A stretch of DNA of 64,000 nucleotides from Planctomycetota bacterium. GTDB lineage: Bacteria > Planctomycetota > Planctomycetia > Pirellulales > UBA1268. This document shows, in pieces, positions 57,434 through 64,000 of this stretch (its first letter is position 1; each line of letters opens with the position of its first letter). Made by a program: the position numbers and the translations under genes. Location of the stretch: assembly GCA_014238855.1 (NCBI GenBank), contig JABAAH010000012.1, forward strand, positions 440 to 64,439. The letters run 5' to 3'. The notes under the pieces are model-generated. The model saw nothing but the letters and a program-made list of their open reading frames with translations. It was not told the DNA's origin and did no database searches.

Positions 57434-60047
57434 GCGCTCTCCTTCGGAATTTTTGTCGAATGACTTCAGCTACAGTATTTATAAAAAATGTGAGAACAAA
57501 CAAAAGAACTGCCGCCAGAAAAAGAATACGATAATGAGTTGATCCTGGAGTTGTTTCTGGTAATTCAGTGGCAATGGCAGCAGATAAGGTTTGAAAGCCA
57601 CTGAAAATATTCCAGTCCATAATAGGTGTGTTTCCAGCTGCCATTAAGACAATCATTGTTTCTCCTACAGCTCTTCCGAGACCAATCATGACAGCGGAAA
57701 AGATTCCACCAGCTGCGGCTGGAATAATAACCCGAAGCGTTGTCTGCCATTGCGTTGCACCAGCACTTAGCGAACCACTTCGCAGATGATCAGGGACGCT
57801 TGATAAGGCGTCATCAGCAAGTGTAAATATGAGAGGTATAATTGCGAAACTCATACCAATAGCGACGACCATGGTATTCCGTTGGACATAGGTGCCAAAG
57901 ATGCCACCACGAGTTTCCCAGCGCAAAGCATCTAGGAACATTGCCGCTGCTGTCGAAATGGCACCGGCCAGAAAAAGCCCAATAAAAAGGAGAATGAGGG
58001 CTGCTGAGACAGTCTTTATATGCCCCCATTTCATACTTCGAATACGAATCCAGGGATGGATGAACCGGCCTATGAGAAATACGGAGACCATTGCTGATAG
58101 TGGAAATAAAGCAAGTGCCCAGCCTCCCCAGCCACTTCCACCCCGGCCGTGAAGCCATGCAAAAAAATCACCATTGAAGAGAAGAAACTCGGTCGGCGGT
58201 GCTGTTAGAAAACCTAATAGAATACCGATGGGGAGTGCGATGAAGAGTACGACAGGGAATCTCCAGAAAGATATTCGACTCCGTAATCCAGGTGACCAAA
58301 ATTGCCATAAAAAGGCGCAGATCAGGAGAGTAATCGGAACTGTAAAAATGCTTGTGATGAAAATCATTACACCACGTTCGATAACTGGTGCAAGGATCAG
58401 GCCAGCGATAAATCCTAGTACAACACTTGGCAGGCTCGCCATCATCTCGATGACAGGCTTGATGCGAGACTTCCATGCTGGAGTCATAAACTGACTAACA
58501 TAAATTGCTGCAAAAACTGAAATGGGTGTGGCGAATAGCATTGAGTAGAAGGTCGCCTTTATAGTGCCACACAGAAGGGGCACCAAACTAAATTTCGGTT
58601 CAAAAGAATTGTGCCCATTTGTTTCCCACACGTACTCACGATCTGGATAATTTTCATACCAAATTTTTCCGAAGAGTGAATGCAAGGAAGCCTCTGGATA
58701 GCTAAGGCTGATGTTCCAAGTGGTAAGCGTTTTGCCATCACAGGCAACAAGTTGTTGATCTCTTGAGCCAAGGAGAAGAAGCTGTAACTTCTGAGTTCGT
58801 GCAGTTTCTTGATTGCTGCGAAGTTCAGCAATTGTCGAGTGAGCTGTAGCTTGTAGGAGCCGAATCATTCCGTCTGATGAGGCGGCTGCAAAAAGGCGAG
58901 ACCTCGGTGAGGCGGAAATAGAAGTAATTTCCGTTCCCTGGTCCTGTGCATGACGTTTATTTGGTTGAGTAGAAAAAGTTGCAGTGACCTTAGTCGTTAA
59001 CCCATCATCTGTAGTGGGGTTTTTGTCCCTGGAGTTGAATAGAATTCTTATTGCGCCACTGTTGTCACCAATTACGAAAGAAGTTTCACCAAAGAGTCGA
59101 GTAACGTGGGTAAGAGAAGTTTTTTCTTGAAGTAGATCACGTTCCTCCATCAGTACGGGGTGATCGACATCTCGGATTGCAAAACGCTTGAAGGCTCCAG
59201 AAGAAGTGAAGGCGAAAAGCTGATCTCCGAGGCCCGATACTCGAATAAAATCAAGGCCTGACGGAATAATTTCTTCCTGAAGAGTGGTTCCAACATTGAT
59301 GACGGAACCGTCATCAGTTAAGAGATTGTTTTGAAAAGTGCTTTTTTCAAAACGTATATTTCCTTTATCGTCGAGTGCTGCAAAGCAGAATCCTCTATTT
59401 GTTATTGCCAGATCAATATCAGTGATTGGTCGAGTGAGAGTAGTAGATACATAGTCTTCTAATTCTGCTACGAGCTGAATTTTTTGAACTATTTTATTCG
59501 ATGATCGAAGATAAATGTCATTATTGACAGTGGTGAGTTCACTAATTTTGAGAGACCTTGCAGGCAGTGGAATTTCTGCTTCTGGAACATAGGACGTACT
59601 CAGTCCAAGTTTTCCGATGCGAATTGTGCCATTTTTAAAACCGACAGCCGATTTTAAGGTGTTTGGTAGATGGCAAATTGCAGAAGCGTGTTGAAGACCA
59701 CTGATTTTTGTTGATCGTGAGAGGAGTTTATTGCCACTTTTTAATTCAACAGCAGTCATTTCATCAGCATCACAAAACCATGCGACTAACCCAGACTCAT
59801 CGAGACCAGAGGCGAGGTATGAATGACCAGCCATTTCCCATGGAATAGATTGCTTCAACTGAACAGTTGTAGAGCGAAAGAGTGGAAGGGCTACCACGAA
59901 TAGGAAAACACCTACGAGAAGCACTGCAGCAATTGTTGCAAGGCCACCAAGTGTAATCACGATACGCGCAACAGTATCACTGAGTAATACTGTAGCTCGT
60001 GTAGCACTTCTTTTTTTACGACCAGTAAATGTTGCCGGTTGATTCAT
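57423..60047 (-). CDS. pstC: Phosphate ABC transporter permease PstC (long form with beta-propeller-like extracytoplasmic domain)
   Basis: WYE.YP...Y.W, K.SLVPL..GT.KA, KP.IE.MASLPSVVLGF, DDAL..VP..L..GS...GAT.WQT, GRAVGETMIVLMA.GN. Confidence 0.92.
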   Translation of the reverse strand: MNQPATFTGRKKRSATRATVLLSDTVARIVITLGGLATIAAVLLVGVFLFVVALPLFRSTTVQLKQSIPWEMAGHSYLASGLDESGLVAWFCDADEMTAVELKSGNKLLSRSTKISGLQHASAICHLPNTLKSAVGFKNGTIRIGKLGLSTSYVPEAEIPLPARSLKISELTTVNNDIYLRSSNKIVQKIQLVAELEDYVSTTLTRPITDIDLAITNRGFCFAALDDKGNIRFEKSTFQNNLLTDDGSVINVGTTLQEEIIPSGLDFIRVSGLGDQLFAFTSSGAFKRFAIRDVDHPVLMEERDLLQEKTSLTHVTRLFGETSFVIGDNSGAIRILFNSRDKNPTTDDGLTTKVTATFSTQPNKRHAQDQGTEITSISASPRSRLFAAASSDGMIRLLQATAHSTIAELRSNQETARTQKLQLLLLGSRDQQLVACDGKTLTTWNISLSYPEASLHSLFGKIWYENYPDREYVWETNGHNSFEPKFSLVPLLCGTIKATFYSMLFATPISVFAAIYVSQFMTPAWKSRIKPVIEMMASLPSVVLGFIAGLILAPVIERGVMIFITSIFTVPITLLICAFLWQFWSPGLRSRISFWRFPVVLFIALPIGILLGFLTAPPTEFLLFNGDFFAWLHGRGGSGWGGWALALFPLSAMVSVFLIGRFIHPWIRIRSMKWGHIKTVSAALILLFIGLFLAGAISTAAAMFLDALRWETRGGIFGTYVQRNTMVVAIGMSFAIIPLIFTLADDALSSVPDHLRSGSLSAGATQWQTTLRVIIPAAAGGIFSAVMIGLGRAVGETMIVLMAAGNTPIMDWNIFSGFQTLSAAIATELPETTPGSTHYRILFLAAVLLFVLTFFINTVAEVIRQKFRRRAHEL

Positions 60048-60205
60048 GGATCACGGCTATTAAATAGAGAAACACCCATTTGGCATACACGGTCTGCTCG
60101 TGATGATGAGCTAAAAATAATAAGAGGCAGCCTTTGTCAAAGAATCGGTTGTAATCGCTCTCTCACGGGCAGTCTACCGTGTTTTCATACTTCCTCAGAA
60201 AAGCA

Positions 60206-61231
60206 TTATTTCACTCCGTGTGCCGTAATAGTTTCAAGGCTTCTCTGAGATGTTTTGTAACTTACTGGGAGATAACCAGCTTTTAAAACATCTGCTTGAC
60301 CGGTAGCACTTAGAACATACTTCAAAAATTCTTTGCGAAGTGGTTCGAGTGTACTACCAGGCTTGTGATTCACACTTAGATAGAGAAAGTGAACAAGTGG
60401 ATATTCACCAGAGTAGGCATTTTCTGCATCAGTAGTAATATTTTTACTATCTGGCGTAGTACTCAGCGGGAGTGACCGAACATCAACGGTTTTGTAGCCG
60501 ATTCCACTGTAGCCAATCCCATAACGATCGTTCGCAATTGATTGCACTACGGAAGAGCTTCCAGGTTGTTCTATGACGTTGGATTTAAAGTCTCCCCGGA
60601 AGAGAGCGTGCTCTTTAAAAAATCCATAGGTGCCACTTGCTGAATTACGACCATAAAGACGTATTGGTTTATCTTGCCAGACACCTGTCAGTCCCAGTTG
60701 TCCCCATGTCACGATAGCTTTTTTCATTCCACCATTACGATTTTTCGAAAAGATCGCATCTAGCTGCTGAAGTGAAAGCCCTGCAGTCGGATTGTCTTTA
60801 TGAACGTAAACAGCAAGCATGTCGATTGCTGTTGGGATAACCGTAGGTGCATAGCCGAAAGAGTCTTTAAAGGAATCGATTTCATGTGCTTTCCAGGGTC
60901 GACTCATTGGGCCAAAAGTGCTTGTGCCTTCCGTGAGAGCTGGCGGTGCAGATGCAGACCCCTTACCTTCTATACCTTCACGGACAGCGGGATAGAATTT
61001 TTTGAATCCCTCAGCCCATAAGGCAACCAGATTGTTCATTGTATCGGAACCGATGTACTTAAGAGAGCCTGCGACTTCTCCGCTGACTGATTGATAAGGT
61101 TGTATAGCCGGGTCGATATTCTTCGGAAATGGCTGTGAGAAAACAACAGACCTGTGATTTCCTATTGAAAAGAAACTCCATAGAAAAAGTAGAACAGTAC
61201 AAAGGTATTTTTTGGAGCCAATAAGTTCCAT
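60206..61231 (-). CDS. pstS: Phosphate ABC transporter substrate-binding protein
   Basis: GSDTM.NL...WAE.F, GKGS..APPAL.EG, GPMSR, YGRNSASGTYG.FKE, EQPGS.SVV, IGYSGIGY, G.YPL. Start uncertain; the ORF could extend to 61306. Confidence 0.93.
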   Translation of the reverse strand: MELIGSKKYLCTVLLFLWSFFSIGNHRSVVFSQPFPKNIDPAIQPYQSVSGEVAGSLKYIGSDTMNNLVALWAEGFKKFYPAVREGIEGKGSASAPPALTEGTSTFGPMSRPWKAHEIDSFKDSFGYAPTVIPTAIDMLAVYVHKDNPTAGLSLQQLDAIFSKNRNGGMKKAIVTWGQLGLTGVWQDKPIRLYGRNSASGTYGFFKEHALFRGDFKSNVIEQPGSSSVVQSIANDRYGIGYSGIGYKTVDVRSLPLSTTPDSKNITTDAENAYSGEYPLVHFLYLSVNHKPGSTLEPLRKEFLKYVLSATGQADVLKAGYLPVSYKTSQRSLETITAHGVK

Positions 61232-61391
61232 GGAGTGAGAGCCTCGAAATGAACTACCTTGTGGATGGATGAAAACTTGTGAATGGATAAAAAAGATTTT
61301 CCACAAGCTCTTTAAGGTGCTTACTTGTAAATGTTTATGTATGTGGCTTATCGACAGCTATTTTGTAATAAAAAGTGCAGTTAAAGATTAA

Positions 61392-61426
61392 TTAGGACAC
61401 CAGTGCTTTTAGGACACCAGTGCTTT
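61392..61426. repeat. Exact 17-bp tandem duplication (TTAGGACACCAGTGCTT)x2
   Basis: Copies at 61392-61408 and 61409-61425; duplicates the last codons and the stop of the gene at 61409. Confidence 0.9.
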
Positions 61427-61702
61427 GATTTCTCGGTATCGTCCCCAAAAGTACCACCGCTCCCATAGTGTTGCTTTGCGAAGATTTGGATCATGAGGAT
61501 GAATGGTGTGTTGCTTGCCGGTACGAGTTATCAGGCGCAGGTTGCCGTCTTCAAGTACCTGTTGCACCACCCAAAACTTGTCCACGGTATAAGAATAGGT
61601 TTCTCCGCGAGATGCTGCGTCAACTTCCCGAGCTCGAGGGCCGGGAGAAGCACTGTGCTTCTGTTTACTGTAAACAACAAGATCAAGAGGTTCCCATTTC
61701 AT
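61409..61702 (-). CDS. Hypothetical protein (SH3-like beta-rich, planctomycete-type)
   Basis: VVY.KQK.S.SPGPRA......GETYSY.VDKFWVV......L.TR.GK.H.....DPNLR.A..WER; no named family recognised. Confidence 0.65.
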   Translation of the reverse strand: MKWEPLDLVVYSKQKHSASPGPRAREVDAASRGETYSYTVDKFWVVQQVLEDGNLRLITRTGKQHTIHPHDPNLRKATLWERWYFWGRYREIKALVS

Positions 61703-61821
61703 GAAATATGCCCAAACATTGTCCTTATAAAGACAACTATGCAAAGTTTTCTTTGTCTTTAAACTGTATTCTGTCAGTATACCTCTATTACGCTCACGAA
61801 ATAGCCATTTGGAATGCTCCT

Positions 61822-63504
61822 GTGAATCTCACATCTTTAGCGCACCTCCTTGGCGAACTGATTGGAGGTCTGGGTGTTTTTCTGTTAGGCATGAAATATA
61901 TGTCTGAGGGCATGCAGGCTGTCGCTGGGAATAGCTTACGTCGGCTTATTGGTACAGTGACTGGTAATCGTATTTTTGCGATTATCGTTGGGGTTATTGT
62001 CACGTGTATTGTTCAATCAAGTTCGATTACCACGGTTATGGTCGTTGGCTTTGTAAACAGTGGAGTGATGAGCCTTGCCCAATCAGTGGGTGTCATTATG
62101 GGCGCAAATATTGGCACCACAATTACTGGATGGATACTCGTTCTTAAAATTGGGAAATATGGTCTGCCGCTTCTTGGTTTCTCGGCGTTCGTATATCTAT
62201 TCTCAAGAAATGAACGCTGGCGATACTACGCGATGGGTCTGTTGGGCACGGGCATGGTATTTTTTGGTTTGGAACTGATGAAAGATGCGTGCGGCATCAT
62301 CAAGGAAACTCCTGATTTTGCTACATGGTTTCAAGCCTTTCAGGCCGACAGCTATTTGGGTGTCTTGAAGTGTTGCATGGTCGGTTGTGTTCTGACGACC
62401 ATGGTGCAGTCTTCTTCTGCGACACTGGGGATTACAATCTCGTTGGCTTACCAGGGAGTTATCTCATATGAAACTGCTGCGGCACTCGTCATCGGCGAGA
62501 ACGTCGGCACAACGATTACGGCTCTTTTAGCATCGATAGGGGCTACAACAAATGCCCGGCGAGCTGCCTATTTCCATGTTCTTTTCAATCTTACTGGAGT
62601 GTTTTGGATAACACTTGTTTTCCATTGGTACATCCAACTTGTACAGTGGATTATTCATGTAGATGTTCTGAAAATAGTGATGGTCGATGGTATTGCCACT
62701 TTTCCAAACACAACGCCGGCTATTGCTGCGACCCACAGTATTTTCAATGTAGTGAATGTTTTGCTGTTTATTCCATTTGTGGGCATTCTTGTGCGTGCTC
62801 TTGAGCGGATAGTTCCTGTAAAAGAAGTGAAAGAGAAGCCGCGACTCACCGAGTTAGACATTCGAATGTTAGATAATCCAGTGTTAGCAATAGAGCAGTC
62901 ACTCAAAGAGATAGAGCGAATGGGAGACAGTTGCACAGAGATGCTTCATGTCTTGACTGAGTTGAGAGGAAAAAAGAAATCGAACACTCAGCTCAGGAAT
63001 CAGTTAAGAGACTATGAGATATCCCTTGATGCGATTCAGGAAGAACTCACAGCATTCATGACGAATCTCTTCACAAATGCTTTACCTCATGATGTAGCAG
63101 ATGAAATACGCATTCAGTTGCGTATCGCTTATGAATATGAATCGGTCAGTGACTACATAGAAAATCTCGAAAGACTTGACAACAAGTTGCGGGACTATGA
63201 CGCTTCCCCTCCATCGTATTTTTGTGAGGGTATCGAAGAATTGAGTTCTCGTGCCCTGTCATTTTTGATAAAAATGAATGCAGCGATTCGTACCAAAGAT
63301 CAAAACATCTTTGAAGAGTTTGTTTCTGTGCGAGCAGATGTCCGGTCTCAAATAAAAGGACTTCGCCAGAAACAACTAGAAGAGCTTACAAGCACCGGTA
63401 TGAGCCCTTCAGTAAATTCTGTGATGTTGTCAGTTCTTGACAGCTACTCGCACTTATTTAGTCATCTCGAAAATATAGTTGAAGCGTTATCGGGACAAGC
63501 ATGA
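61822..63504 (+). CDS. Na+/Pi cotransporter family protein (NptA/YjbB type) with C-terminal PhoU-like helices
   Basis: GGLG.FL.GM..MS.G, duplicated QSSS motifs (VQSSSIT, VQSSSAT), GANIGTT / GENVGTT, A..HS.FN. Start uncertain (ORF from 61708). Confidence 0.9.
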   Translation: MNLTSLAHLLGELIGGLGVFLLGMKYMSEGMQAVAGNSLRRLIGTVTGNRIFAIIVGVIVTCIVQSSSITTVMVVGFVNSGVMSLAQSVGVIMGANIGTTITGWILVLKIGKYGLPLLGFSAFVYLFSRNERWRYYAMGLLGTGMVFFGLELMKDACGIIKETPDFATWFQAFQADSYLGVLKCCMVGCVLTTMVQSSSATLGITISLAYQGVISYETAAALVIGENVGTTITALLASIGATTNARRAAYFHVLFNLTGVFWITLVFHWYIQLVQWIIHVDVLKIVMVDGIATFPNTTPAIAATHSIFNVVNVLLFIPFVGILVRALERIVPVKEVKEKPRLTELDIRMLDNPVLAIEQSLKEIERMGDSCTEMLHVLTELRGKKKSNTQLRNQLRDYEISLDAIQEELTAFMTNLFTNALPHDVADEIRIQLRIAYEYESVSDYIENLERLDNKLRDYDASPPSYFCEGIEELSSRALSFLIKMNAAIRTKDQNIFEEFVSVRADVRSQIKGLRQKQLEELTSTGMSPSVNSVMLSVLDSYSHLFSHLENIVEALSGQA

Positions 63505-63571
63505 CATGTGTTAATAAATCGAACTGGGTTTTTACCACAGGACCGCATTCAACTCATTTTAAAAGCCCCTC

Positions 63572-64000
63572 TCATGGAGAAGCAATCGTCTGTAAGTCAA
63601 AGCGGTCGAGGTTCATCACTTTGACCCAAGCTTCAATAAAATCATCGAGAAACTGTTGCTGCCCATCTTCACTGGCATAGACTTCGCAGATTGCACGTAA
63701 TTGTGCGTTTGAACCGAATATCAAATCGGCTCGTGTTGCTGTCCACTCAACGGTGTCAGTCACACAATTGCGTCCTTCGAAAATATTTTCACATCCGGAC
63801 GTTTTCTGCCATGTAATATCCGGGCACAGCAAGGTGATAAAAAAATCATTGGACAGAGTTTCACGGTGCTTTGTGAAAACACCTAGATTTTCTTGGCCAT
63901 CAACTTCACTATTGGCTCCAAGCACTCGAAGGCCCCCGATAAGAACTGTCATGTCTCTTGCTGTAAGCGTCAGAAGATCGGCTCTTTCAAGTAATAGTTC
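63572..64000 (-). CDS. katG: Catalase-peroxidase, C-terminal part (gene continues beyond window)
   Basis: [22 protein letters not shown]....[30 protein letters not shown]....[15 protein letters not shown]; the frame is open to 64000. Confidence 0.95.
   Translation of the reverse strand, partial: ELLLERADLLTLTARDMTVLIGGLRVLGANSEVDGQENLGVFTKHRETLSNDFFITLLCPDITWQKTSGCENIFEGRNCVTDTVEWTATRADLIFGSNAQLRAICEVYASEDGQQQFLDDFIEAWVKVMNLDRFDLQTIASP

Noticed and set aside
61232-61408. Pho box upstream of pstS
   Set aside because: Only weak ACA-containing AT-rich repeats without convincing 11-bp periodicity.
311-62936. The many 60-150 aa ORFs nested in or antisense to the long genes
   Set aside because: These are shadow ORFs of well-supported genes with no recognisable motifs.
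1-64000. E. coli Chi sites (GCTGGTGG, e.g. near 1582, 4111 and 31716) as support for Chi-regulated RecBCD
   Set aside because: There are few occurrences, explainable by Ala/Gly/Trp codons, and Chi sequences are lineage-specific.
1-64000. CRISPR arrays, tRNA/rRNA genes, IS elements, integrases or prophage genes
   Set aside because: No repeat-spacer periodicity, cloverleaf or rRNA signature, and no transposase, integrase or phage protein seen.

Overview
About 64 kb of a moderately AT-rich chromosome, very probably from a marine Planctomycetota (Pirellulales-like) genome. The basis is two PSCyt/DUF1549/DUF1553 + DUF1501 gene pairs, a DUF1588/DUF1585 relic, planctomycete-style Ser/Thr kinases and a planctomycete-type DapL. 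I see no rRNA, tRNA, CRISPR array, IS or prophage. Main content: (i) UV, DNA-break and oxidative-stress functions: two different photolyase-family genes, an uncalled DUF2256 microprotein, a recC-recB-recD operon convergent on and overlapping an Mre11/Rad50-like (YhaO/YhaN-type) pair, SelO, USP, fasciclin and the 3' end of katG; (ii) phosphate acquisition: pstSCAB-phoU with very long PstC/PstA, a Na/Pi cotransporter, a GDPD and a choice-of-anchor-I protein; (iii) a TRAP system with fused DctQM, an MFS and an alanine/glycine:cation symporter; (iv) type II glutamine synthetase. The most intriguing unexplained signal is a ~180-nt leader upstream of glnII with three back-to-back hairpins, a motif repeated three times in the loops and an anti-RBS element. 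All product calls come from motif recognition by eye; no database search was run.
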